50,524 bases of DNA, taken from assembly GCF_001194135.2 (NCBI RefSeq), contig NC_069003.1:28304807-28355330 (forward strand), given 5' to 3'. This DNA comes from Octopus bimaculoides (lineage: Eukaryota). The notes under the pieces are model-generated. The model ran no database searches. It was given only the letters and a program-made list of their open reading frames with translations, and was not told the DNA's origin. The translations under genes and the position numbers were made by a program. Positions 12,323 to 24,379 of the stretch are shown here, piece after piece. How positions within the stretch are numbered: the stretch's first letter is position 1; each line of letters opens with the position of its first letter.

Positions 12323-12856
12323 CATCAACCGACATAAGTAACCGCAAATGTTTTGGATAATATCCTGCGTAAGCTCAACTGTCATCAGATCAGAGCTATT
12401 TTTGACTTTTGTACTCACTAGCAGTAATAGCATAAAGATGTCGACATTTCCATTCATCCAATCTCAGTACAGACTGAAAAATGAAACTAAGGTAAGTAGA
12501 GTGTGAATAAACTAGTTTTAAATTGTAGGTCCTATTTCTTGTCACCCCGAAATAGGTGACTAGCTTCTTAGAAATACTAAATACTGAGATAGGATGTCAA
12601 TCTAGATTTATTAATGTTTTTCTGATTTCAGGTTTTCACAGCTAAATTTGTTGACTGAAGTATCCACCCCAGAGAAACAACGAAATGCTTATCGCTGATA
12701 TAAACTCACGAAGTGAGCTCACAGAGAGATAGGTTGGGTAATAAAGGGCATGATACATTTTATTCTAATTATTGGGTAGATAAGGTCTGAAAATATAGTT
12801 ACATCTCAAATATGAGTATTGTCATATCGGTAAAGTAGGATTTAATACTTTAGAGC

Positions 12857-12993
12857 CAGTAGTGTAGCGGTCCGTCCTCCGCGGCGCTGTCATAGGGGTG
12901 TGTTGTATAGATCTGTATAAACTTGGGGGCCCGGGAAAGGTGCGATTTACTCAAGGGCTGTCCAGGGCGGAAAACGCTCTAGTTAGGCCACTT
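12857..12993. mobile_element. Probable hAT-type MITE, degenerate
   Basis: Ends cagtagtgtagc / ctagttaggccact resemble the cagtggcgtagctag TIR type. Central gggggcccggg. Flanks tttagagc / tgtagggc match 6 of 8 as a possible TSD. Confidence 0.4.
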
Positions 12994-13049
12994 TGTAGGG
13001 CACAAAGAAATTTTGTTTTCTGTGTTAAGAGCATTCATTTACCCATTTA

Positions 13050-13518
13050 AAGGTTTCATGCTGAAGGGAAAGCAACAATAGTTTAATTACAATTGCTATC
13101 AGTTTGTGCCAGTCGCCGCCGAGATCTCTGGTGTTCGCGGACCCCGCACTGTTGATTTTCTCTTCAAAATTGGGATAACTGCAGTCCGTCTGACAAATCA
13201 ACCTCCATAGGTGAGGTGGCTGTTGCTGCGAAAGTCACTGACAATTTCCCGCAGCAACGCCTTTGCAATCATGTCCACGAGGTTCCGCTGGCTAAACACG
13301 CTATTTGTTCTGGGGCGTATAACTCGTTACTCTCCCCACCCCCATCTTCTGCTACGAAATTCCCTCCCTTGTTTTCTTTTTATTTGTTTTCTAAATGAGG
13401 TGGTTATGGGTTTTTATTCGACAATGTGATCTTTTATACTTTTAATGTTTTTTTTTTCTTTTCTCCCTGTAAAAATGAGTTGCTAATAAAATGTCTTCCA
13501 AGTTAGAAAAAAAAAAAA
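13050..13518 (+). mobile_element. CRE-clade-like non-LTR retrotransposon 3' end (RLE C-terminus, 3' UTR, poly-A)
   Basis: YQFVPVAAEISGVRGPRTVDFLFKIG...VRWLLLRKSLTISRSNAFAIMST matches the CRE pattern FVPVAVETLGxWGP...QRLSLAIQRGNA. A T-rich UTR follows, then aataaa at ~13486 and an A-run at ~13507-13518. Confidence 0.7.
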
Positions 13519-15450
13519 TTACAACGATAATCACACAAAACTAAAACGATAATCATACGCTGGACAAAGAAAACTAAGGAAAAACATGGTAAAAAACGCG
13601 AAGAAAACAACTGTCACGTCAATAATACCAATGAAATATTAACTAGTATCTATTGCTGACAAAATAAATACATTGTAGCAACGTCATCACCAGTTGTTAC
13701 TGATACATTTTTCTTTTTCTAAAGAAAGGACGCGCATAAGTAGTTCCTCTATTTCAAATCTTAATAAATTCGCTGATTTGCAAGCTCACTGATTTATTCT
13801 AGTTAATCTAAAGATTAAGGAGTGAACTTTCAGTGAGTGCAGTCTTCCGTTGTGAGACGACCAGCATATCAAATGTCCTATTTGAGATAATAATGAAATG
13901 AAAAGATATTATCTTGAAAAATGTGGGTGGAGATGGCAAATGTTTACAATGTCTCGGAGGTTGAGATAATTAAATTCCGGTGAACAATAAACATAACTAA
14001 TATAGTTTGAACAACACAAAGATCATCAGGTACTCAAGCTCAGAACCGTTGTCAGCTTTTGACAGACTTCTAACAGTTACACCAGACTTGTCTTGATAAT
14101 ACATTCACTGTTGTTGCACTGAGTTTTCAGAAAAATCGCATGACCAAGTATAAATACAAGGAAGTGTGCCTCCATAAATTACTCTCGCAATAGCTTCGTT
14201 GTTTGCACAACGCTATCAAGGACATGTCGACATAAGTTATTAGCGAATATTAGATATGAGTAGTTTGGAATGGGTCTTGAAGTATAGAGGTCTCTATAAT
14301 GTCACTTAACCTGCTAGAAATATCGACCAAATCTGCTGCGTGTCAAACTTTACCACTTTAAAAAAGAAGAAAAGAAATTGCCCAACCAAGACTGAAATGG
14401 TGCTAAACTAAAACAACTACAACAACATCGGCTCTTCACTGAGTTGAAACAATGGAGTGTTTCTCTATTTGAAAGATGCTTTAGAAAGGCTAGCATACCA
14501 GTAGGGTGGTGTGGCGAAGTTCTATTCCGTTTTTCAACCTCAATAACAAAAATATAAGAATGAAAAGAAACAAAAGGTCATGAGGACTTTATGGATATCT
14601 TTTGAGGTTTATTCAAGATCTTAACAGAGCTCAAGTCGGTCGTGAACAAAGTGACAAAACTTTTTTTAGATAAGAGAGTCTCGGTGTGTGTATGTATGTT
14701 TAGGTATGCAATACGCTTGCAATTATCTCTCCTTTTCTTTACAAGTCGCCAACAATTACATTCGGGTTTTGTTTTCTTTCTCACTTAACATGGACATTTC
14801 AAATAATGAAGAATTTATAGCATACATCCTACACGTATTCATATAAATTTATGCCATTGGTCCACCCTTAAGTTATTTCCTTATATATCTTAACTACATA
14901 TATTTACTTTACAATTTTCACTCCATTCCTTGGTTTCCCAAAATTCAATATGAAAATGAACTTTAATAATAATTTTCCCTTTTTCTTTTTATGAATTATT
15001 GTTTGCTCTCCATGTGAAGTAAATTGTGTAAAATAAAAAGCCGTTAGTACCATCAGGATTACACATGAATAATACATTCTTAGTTTTTGCATACTTTCTC
15101 TGCAAACGTAGATTGATCATTCATATATTTTCTTCATTAGATTTAAGAAATATGGATTAAAAATGCTGTAACATCACCTAGTGGGAATTCGAAAACCTAT
15201 GCTATATAGATATGCTAAGCACTACACTAATGTGACGTTATAGCTTTTGACTGCTTAAATTACGAGACGTAAATGAAGTAGCTACAATAGTATTTAGTCA
15301 TCTGACAACGGGAATCCCAGCCTACACAGTATTCAAGATATAGTGTTATATATATTTGATCTAGAAGAAGACGGAAAAAAGTCGTACATCACTTGCGGGA
15401 TTCGAAAACCGCGTTAGCTGTAAACCGTATAACACACGTTTGCACGCACG

Positions 15451-16391
15451 CACGGGTTGTTCCAAAAATGTATAAACACATTGGATAAGTTATAAAGTTA
15501 GTGTTTATTGAAACAGATTTCATTTTCAAAATTTAATAGAATCTACATACAGAATTAAATTCTTTTACAAGCATCAGGTACTGCTGAGAATGCGAAGCAA
15601 TGGAATTGCAAACATTCAGAAACATGTCGTTCAATATTTGTGTGTATTCTCGTTCAATGTTTGCCCTCAATTCGCTGATTGTTGCTGCTTTGAACTGTAA
15701 ATTTAATATCTTATGTTTCTTCATAACAAATAACAAGACTCGTGTTGAGAGGTCCGGTGAACACGGAGGATGTTCTACTGAACCTTTTTGTCCGATCCAC
15801 ATGTTTGGCAAAATCTCATCAAGTTAAACTATGGCAGGTGGGTGGCCCAACTTGGCATGGCTGATTGTTGCAGTAGATTCAAGCAAATGGAACCAGTTAC
15901 AATAGTATAAAAAATGAATGGTTCAATTAATCCGTTTGATGTTAAGCTGCACTATATTGTAACTCCTAGTAAATTAGCATAACAATCCTCCGTTATATAC
16001 GGATTCAAAGGTCCCCAGTAGGTGCATATCTGATAGTTAATTGAATCATTTAATTTGAATGTAGCCTCATTACTTCAAACAATCTTTGTTGGAATGTGTG
16101 GATCTTCTACTCATATTGCCAAGCACAACTCGCAAGACCTTATTCTTCGGTCCAGATCGTCCCAATTGGGAGAATGGAGTATTCTTGGAATGTAACTTTT
16201 CCAATGGTAGTCTTTCAAAATACAACGGACGCTTGATCTTGAAATTCCTATCACACGACTCGCATGCAGCACAGATTTTCTTGAACTCTGTACATTTCTA
16301 ATACCCTTTCTGGCTTTGTAGAACTCGTCGATGTCCGCGAACTTGTAGAACGTTTCTTGTGAACATCTTGAACACTTCCATTATTTTCTAG
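15451..16391 (-). mobile_element. Tc1/mariner-superfamily transposon remnant with one TIR
   Basis: [44 protein letters not shown] and PNMWIGQKGSVEHPPCSPDL. The region of the second catalytic D is deleted. TIR-like cacgggttgttccaaaaatg at 15451. Confidence 0.85.
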
Positions 16392-16947
16392 TTCCGCGCT
16401 GGGCACGATTGAGTACAGTTATGATCCAGGGCGTCCCAACCGAAACCATCCCGTCGTCTTGTATATTTAGTACTGTATTATACAAGGTGTTTTTATTTAC
16501 GATACACTAAAATGTGATTTGAGGGATTTGGATGCTATTTCTTACAAGTCGAGTGACTATGTACAGACTTCTTTTTGACTCGAAAAAGTACCAGTAATAC
16601 ACGTAAGTTGTCTCATCTAACTGCACTCCTTTTCCAACAAATTTTGTCATAGTTCGAAGTAAAAAAAGTAACAAAAAGTAAAAAAAACAACAAAAAACAA
16701 AACCATTTCTGTTAAGTTAATATTTAATTAAAAAAGCATGTAAATACATATAAATATATGTATTCACGTATATATACATATATTGTAATTCGTTTTAAAT
16801 TTGAGAAGTCTTAGGGCATTGAAAATGTCTTCCATTAATTCAAGTCACAAAGAGCAATAGATGTTGTAATAGTTGCGTTTATGTATAGAGCTTTACATAT
16901 GTATAAATGAGTATATGTATACACACATACACATACCTAACACCTGT

Positions 16948-17008
<61 letters not shown>

Positions 17009-17559
17009 TAATATAACATCACATACGCACACACAATGCTGTCATTAGTCTGGTTATACGGTGATCATAGCTGTTCACTAAAAACGTATGTCAGTCATTA
17101 AATTGCAAAGGGAGGAGAACTACTAGGTCCCACGAAGAAAATATTCACAGATCTGCTGACACAAAACTCTTTCAAAGCTAATGGCGCCTGCATGGTGACA
17201 ACCAAAGCAAATATTTTGCTAGTATCAGCAAAAATATGATAATGTTTGCTATAACAGCTGTTAATAGATATGTTACAACTTTTTCTTTTTTTAATTTTTT
17301 TTCTTTTGTTTTTGTTCGGGGAAATTCTCCCTTTCCTTCAAAATATGGGATTTTCTTTCTTTCTACTGAATTGATATAATTGCCGATTATGTAAGCTTCA
17401 GAATTTTAGTAAATAGGAAACGCGCACTATGGCATATTTCGAAATGCATAAACGAAAAGACGTACGTTATAATGAAAACACTTTGATAAGAGATCGAAAC
17501 CGAGACGCTGACACGAATCGTGACAAACTTAGGTTTTTCTATAGTGTTTAATTATCAAT

Positions 17560-17919
17560 GTGGAGGCGCAATGGCCCAGTGGTTAGGGCAGCGGACTCGC
17601 GGTCATAGGACCGCAGTTTCGATTCCCAGACCGGACGTTGTGAGTGTTTATTGATCGAAAACACCTAAAGCTCCACGAGGCTCCGGCAGGGGATGGTGAC
17701 AAACCCTGCTGTACTCTTTCACCACAACTTTCTCTCACTCTTACTTCCTGTTTCTGTTGTGCCTGTAATTCAAAGGGTCAGCCGTGTCACACTGTGTCAC
17801 ACTGTGTCACGTGTCTGTAGAGTGCTCAGCCACTTGCACGTTAATTTTACGAGAAGGCTGTTCCGTTGATCGGATCAACTGGAACCCTCGACGTCGTAAG
17901 CGACGGAGTGCCAACAAAA
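17560..17919 (+). mobile_element. SINE family C, full length with 10-bp TSD
   Basis: tRNA-like head with A box tggcccagtggttagg and B box gtttcgattccc. Tail cgacggagtgccaacaa. TSD aattatcaat at 17550-17559 and 17920-17929. Confidence 0.9.
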
Positions 17920-17944
17920 AATTATCAATATTTTTATATTTTTC

Positions 17945-18310
17945 CGCCGTGGTCGACTTTGCCTTTCATCCTTTCGGAGTCGATAAAATAAGTACCAGTT
18001 GAGCACTGGAGTCGATGTAATCGACTTTCCCTGTCCCCCTATATTGCTGGCTTTGCGCTAAAATTTCAAACCAATATTTATTATTCTTGTCACGAAATAC
18101 GATCAAATGTTACACTTCACAATGTAATAAAAACGAAGACAATCAAAAAGGCTTAATATAATTCTTTCTAATTTTGGCATTAGCCAACAATTTTGAGGAA
18201 AGAAGGAAGTAATTACATCGATCCAGGGGCTCAACTGCTTATTTATTTTATTGACTCCAAAAGGATAAGAGGTGAAGTCGACCTCGGTGGTATTTGAGAG
18301 TCGGAACGAA
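17945..18310. mobile_element. Two SINE A copies in inverted tail-to-tail orientation
   Basis: Plus copy at 17945-18075 and minus copy at 18160-18310. Confidence 0.85.
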
Positions 18311-18358
18311 AGGCTGGTAATCTTCCAATTTAGGGTTTAAAAAAGTAAATAAAAATAA

Positions 18359-18552
18359 AGCCTAAATGACGGCACCTACGCTCACGAAGTGATTATACAC
18401 CAGCAGAACTTACTGGATCCCACAAATGAGGACGTCCACACACAAAATGTGGAGAATATGTGGATGCGGGTGAAAAGAAAATTACAGTGACAATTTGGAA
18501 CGTCGGACAATTTATTTGTGTCATAATTACACGAATTCATATGCAGGAATTC
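18359..18552 (+). mobile_element. Merlin/IS1595(ISXO2)-like transposase C-terminal fragment
   Basis: YAHEVIIHQQNLLDPTNEDVHTQNVENMWMRVKRKLQ*QFGTSDNLFVS*LHEFICR fits the H..V.H..F.DP....HTQ.IE..W...K...EF.WR motif. Confidence 0.75.
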
Positions 18553-18721
18553 AGTCCCCCACCCAAAGACTTTCGTTCACTGTTTGGTGGCTATAGCCCA
18601 GGTCTACGTTGTTTAACAGTTGACTTATCCCCCTCGTTATTGGCCCTTTCATTTTTATTTACTTTTTTAAACACCTTAAACTGAAAGATTACCCGGAAAG
18701 ATTATCATAATGAAAAGTGTT

Positions 18722-18940
18722 TTACGTTTTAAACAAGCTCGCTATGAAACGAAATTCAAGACATAATCGAAATGCTTAACATTAAGAATTAAGTTAGAGT
18801 GTTACGTTTTGAAACAAATTGAACTATGGAACAACATCCAAGACATAATCGAAATTCTTAACAAAATGAAATAAGTTAGAGTAACACATTTTCAGCAATG
18901 CCAACGTATGGAACGAAATCGAGGACAAAATCGAAACAAC
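18722..18940. repeat. ~80 bp degenerate tandem repeat x2.7
   Basis: ttacgtttt...caagacataatcgaaat..ttaac..aagttagagt starts at 18722 and 18802, with a partial third copy from ~18884. Confidence 0.85.
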
Positions 18941-18944
18941 GTTG

Positions 18945-19290
18945 TGACAATCAATTTTATGCACTAAAACAGATATTAGAACAGTATAATTTGGAAATTT
19001 CCATGAGTCCCATTTGTGTAAATTACAAGGACATTTTTTGGTGCCACTTTAGTGTGCAGTCTAACCCTATTCTTCGCCCAGATCAGGACAACATTTCACA
19101 GCGGTAGACTGCATGCTAAAGCAGCATCCATTATTCATCATTACAGAACCTGAACCGATAGTGTAGGCAGATGACACTAAATAGCTTTAACGAATTAAGT
19201 CCACCACTTTGTATCAATAATTACTGATTAATCTTAACAATACGAGAACTCTAGGGATGTTAGTTTGTACCCGAAATATCTCAGAAACAG
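18945..19290 (+). mobile_element. Highly decayed LINE RT relic (tentative)
   Basis: Collinear degenerate motifs: DNQFYALKQILEQ..ICVNYKDIF, *ADDT (taggcagatgacact ~19162) and KYLR (~19276). Confidence 0.35.
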
Positions 19291-19874
19291 TATATCTTAT
19301 CTTTTTTTTTTTGCATATTTATTTTCTTACATACCTTCGGCAGTAGTACAAATTTTTGTGACATTTGGACCTCTATTTATTAATGAAAACGAGTAAACAC
19401 AATTTTTTGTTTGTTATTTCTTGACAAAAACAAAACAAAAAAAAAAAAACATGGGTTCCGCATACACACGTACAGAATACACATACGTATAATGAATGTC
19501 ATGGCGTGTCAATCAACACAAACACACGTCCGCTATCTGTGACATATACACACNNNNNNNNNNAAAAAAAAAAAAAAAAAAAAGAACGTTGACTTATTGA
19601 CGTACACAATATTTTAATCATCTAGATATATTTTTAAGTGAATGTGATTTCAAAAACGTAAGTTGTTTGTACAGTAAGTATTTATATTTTAACTTTCTTT
19701 AAACAGATATTTTAATGTTCGTTTAAAATTATTTTCAAGTCCTTAACTTCCGTAAAAAAACTTTTATTTACCTTTGTTTTAAAGTGAAAGAGAGAAAGTG
19801 AAAGATGTATGTACGTGTATATGAAATGAACGTGTGTGTGTGAGAGAGATAGAGAGAGGGAGAGAGAGAGAGAG

Positions 19875-19912
<38 letters not shown>

Positions 19913-20189
19913 TAGAGAGAGTGTGTGTGTATGTGTGTGTGTGTGTTTGAGAGAAGAGTGAATATCAAAACTGACGTCATTCAGTTGTGGAGTAAGTGGC
20001 TGAATATTTCACAGTCGCATGTGGTCTTAAGGTAACTTCCAGGGGTGTGTATCAAGGCTGGCCTTTTCGATTACAAATGCAATCGACCTGACAAGCTTTT
20101 GCAGCTTCCATCTACTCAATTTCTCTCGGAAAACTTGCGTCAACTCGTGGTTGTGGTCACGTGATCGGACTGAACTTGGAATTTCATTA

Positions 20190-20395
20190 ATCTAAATTTT
20201 GACATAAGGCCAGCAATTTCGGAGGAAGGGATAAGTCAATTACATCGACTCCAGTGATCAATTGATGCTTATTTCATCGACTCCGAAAGGATGAAAAAGG
20301 CAAGTCGACTTCGGTGGAATTTGAACTCAAAACATAAAGACAGACGAAAAGCTGCTATGCATTTTGCTCGGCCTGCTAATGATTCTGCTATCTCA
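20190..20395 (-). mobile_element. SINE family A, near full length
   Basis: ctccgaaaggatgaaaaaggcaagtcgacttcggtggaatttgaactcaaaac core. Confidence 0.85.
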
Positions 20396-20699
20396 CCCTC
20401 TCAATTACTTATGCTTGTTTGTGTCCGTTTACAAATGTATTTCCATGCAGACATGCATATACGCACATCAGACATATGTTTGTGTGTATAAGTGAATGTA
20501 TGCAAACAAATGTATGCTTGTGTGTGTGTGTATATACACGGCTATATATGCAGATTTTTACACATGGATAAAAGTCACTGTGATGAAATACTAAGTCCTA
20601 ACTGTCATTGTAACACATTCGTATTTCATATCAAGAGAAAGTCTGCCCGTAATGGAACCCATGTTCTTCTAAAGAGAATCGAATTAAGCCCTGCAAGCA

Positions 20700-21493
20700 A
20701 TTGAAATTCTCAATATTCTGCTGTAGTAATGGTTTTCCGGGTTTTAAGAAGTTATAGTGGATGAGTCCAGCAGTACACCATAAACCTTCTTTTTGAAGAG
20801 CTCAAGTTTAGGGAAGGTTTTCGGTGTTTCATTTTGGTCCAACCACTGCGAAGAACGTTTTTTTTTAAATTATCGTACAGAACCTACTTTGCATTGCAAG
20901 TTACAATACGGTCGAGAAATGGATCGGTCTGGTTACGGAGAAAGAAGCGCATTTTCTGATTTTCATTCAAATCGTCGAACTTTTTTGATTTTCTGATCGC
21001 ATGCAAATGGCTGCAAGCAGTTTTCTGGCTAATTTGAAGTTATTTTGCCAGTTTCCGAGTGGTTTTTACGTGGAACTTTCTCAATGACGGTCATAAATTT
21101 GACCGTCATCGATGACAGATAGGCGGTCACTACGCTGACGATCTTCACTGCGAAATCGTTTAAACCATTTTCGAGCTGACCACTCACTGGTCAGTTCCTC
21201 ACCAAACGTTTCGTTGATATCACGAGCAGTTTCAGCTCATTTACGTCCTTTTTTGAAGTTGAGTAACGAAATTGCTCGAATATCTCGCTTTGACAGTTCC
21301 ATTTCAGATGATTGTAACAACCGTTACTTTATTGTCCATAGGGGGCTAAACATAGAGGAACAGTACATAGATGGGGGAATAAAACGAATGGGAAGGATGG
21401 TATAAAAAATGAATAGTTGAAGTGAAGGCCATTCGGACCCCACAATCCAAGTGACTTCGTTGAAACTTTTTAAAAACAATTAAACACTTAATA
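20700..21493 (-). mobile_element. mariner transposon, 5' TIR region and N-terminal half of transposase, decayed
   Basis: MELSKRDIRAISLLNFKKG, ETARDINETFGEE, RKWFKRFRS, LNENQK, LRNQTDPFLDRIVTCNAK*VLYDN and LIHYNFLKPG. Confidence 0.88.
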
Positions 21494-21561
21494 TGACCAT
21501 GTTAAATTCACACACATATACACACTTACGTATAAGTGTAAATGGGTGCGTGTGTGTGTGT

Positions 21562-21630
<69 letters not shown>

Positions 21631-22059
21631 AGCGTGATAGTACACACACACGCTAGTACACATGGCACTTTTGTTTTTCTGCTGCCTCAAGCTCTGCTTC
21701 CTTTATCTCACTGAACCGACAAGGTATCTTCCTAGTTTTAACGACCTTAAATAAATCTATGAATACATCAATAAAATTCTACCGGAACAGCTGTAGTAAA
21801 TTTAAAACTCCTTTTGCGTTCTTTTTATACCTACGCCACACTTAGAACCCATCCCGAGACGGACCAACGGTTTAAATTGGATTTGGTACTTACATTTCTA
21901 CATAACTGCAGTATTCTAACAATACATGATACTTCATGATTGTTTTACCTCCATGTGACGCCTATGTTATGACACTTAGCCAGTTCTGGTGTCCTACGTG
22001 TTGATGTGCCTGAATTCTAATGAATCCTATCAGTCTGTCTCTCACTCTCGATCTCTGTA

Positions 22060-22140
<81 letters not shown>

Positions 22141-22554
22141 TATACAGGTACGTATTTCTACACACACACATACATATACACATACATGCACTCAATAACA
22201 TACACACATGGTATCAATTTACAACCTTATTTTCTTTTGCTTCTCTGAATCTTCGAGGTGCCACCTGAATTTGTTTATGATCTAACTTGTCTTTTGCACC
22301 GAGATCTGACATCTGGCGATGTCTATACAGATGTTAGTTCAAAGCCGTCTAATGATGCCAAGGATGGCGACACTTATCCACTGCCTTCCTGAGAATTCTC
22401 TGAACGAAAATTCTACAGATGTTTTGTCTACAGGGTCACCTGGAGACGTTCTTCAACTTGAATGTTTGCTATGATAATAATTCTTACATACTGATGACGA
22501 TGGGGACGAAATTTCTGATGACGATAACAAAAATGAATTTGATAAAAATTTCTT

Positions 22555-22772
22555 GCTTAGGCACAACGCAAGTAGTTGGATAGTGGGGAGGGGGAGGTAG
22601 TCGATTAAAATATCTTCAGTACTTTATTTATTTTACCCGTCCCACTATTGGCATTAGACCTGAAATTTTTGGAGAAGGGTTTGTCGACATCATCGACCCC
22701 AGAACGTAGCGACGGGCGAAATACCGCTAAGCATTTTGCCTGACGTGCTAACAATTCTGCCAGCTTGCCGCC

Positions 22773-22834
<62 letters not shown>

Positions 22835-23875
22835 CCTTTCTACTAAAGACACAAGGTCTGAAATTTTTTGTGTGGCTGGGGGCAGTCGATTAGATCGCCC
22901 CAAGTATGCAACTGGTACTTATTTTATCGACTTCCCCCCAAAGGATGAACCGTAAAGTCGACCTCGACAGAATTTGAACTCAGAACTTAAAGACGGACGA
23001 AATGCCGCTAATCATTTTGCCCGGTGTGCTACCGATTCTGCCAGCTCACCGCTTTGATAATGATGATAATAATATTAATCCCTTCTAAGGGGGAGGGTCC
23101 AGTTAATTAGATCAATCCCAGTACGCAACAGGTACTTAATTTATCGACCCCGAAAGGATGAAAGGCAAAGTCGACCTCGGTGGAATTTGACCTCAGAACG
23201 TAAAGGCAGGCGAAATACCGTTAAGCATTTTGTCCCGCAAAAATAGATGTTTTAAGTTTTGGCTCAAAGGCAGTAAGTAATTTTAAGGAGCGGGAGATGT
23301 TCGATGACATCGACTCCAGTACTTGACTAGTACCTTATTTTATCAACCCCGAAAGGTAAGGTTGACCTCGGCGGAAATTGAACTCAGAACGTCAAGTCGG
23401 AAGAAATGTTGTTAACTGTTTTATTCGACACTAATGATTCTGTCAACTTAGCATGCGACCAACAAATTTGGAGAGAGAGCAAGTCGATTTCATGGATTCA
23501 AGAATTTCATTGGCATCTTATTTTATCGACCCCGAAAGNNNNNNNNNNNNNNNNNNNNNNNNNNNNNNNNNNNNNNNNNNNNNNNNNNNNNNNNNNNNNN
23601 NNNNNNNNNNNNNNNNNNNNNNNNNNNNNNNNNNNNNNNNNNNNNNNNNNNNNNNNNNNNNNNNNNNNNNNNNNNNNNNNNNNNNNNNNNNNNNNNNNNN
23701 NAAAAAAAAAAAAAAAAAAAAAAATCGTGTACTTGACTGTTACCGTAATTTATCGACTCCAGAGGGATTAAAGACAAAGTTGACTTCCACAGAATTTGAT
23801 CTCAGAATGCAAAGTGTTAGAACAAATGCTGCAAGTCATTTTCCCCCGACTCTCAAACGATTCTGGCAAAGCTTA
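22555..23875 (-). mobile_element. Cluster of ~7 co-oriented SINE A copies or fragments
   Basis: Pieces at ~22555, 22640, 22833, 23075, 23255, 23462 and 23725, all on the minus strand, often joined by (TAA)n (22774-22834). Confidence 0.85.
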
Positions 23876-24379
23876 CAAAGGAACCTCCACATGGTCACTT
23901 GATCTAGAAATACCAACTTGAATCAAGCAACGCTCATACAAGCTTTTAGAGAAAGGTGTCAATGAGATGACAGTGAATATAAGCCCGGGTAAGGGGTAAA
24001 AAAACGTAAAAAACTATTTAAAAAAAAACAGGAGCAAAAAAAAAGAAAAAATTAAAAATATGTTATCATGGCTGGAGCACCTATAATTACATGTGTACTT
24101 AATCAGAATCAAATGAGGAAGTATAGTGCAACATCGGTTTACGAATTAATTTCGTTCTTGAAGGCCGTTTCGTCACCCGAAATGTTTGTAAACAAACTAT
24201 TTTTCCCATAGGAAATTCAAGAGAAAACACGGTGAGAAAATATCGAAGAAAAGGTAGAGTTGACTGACAGAAATTCGGAAAGGACTTCACAAGCTGACGT
24301 ACCCGGTAATTCCTGGGAAAGCGGTGCTTATCCCTTGGTTCCGTTCTCATAATTGTTTTACTAATCCAATAAGAGTACA

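Noticed and set aside
17562-17640. tRNA gene
   Set aside because: The A and B boxes belong to a SINE head that continues into a SINE body bounded by a TSD.
7217-19390. Recurrent (t)tataatgaaaac motif at ~7220, 17468, 18707 and 19380
   Set aside because: Short AT-rich word with inconsistent flanks, plausible by chance.
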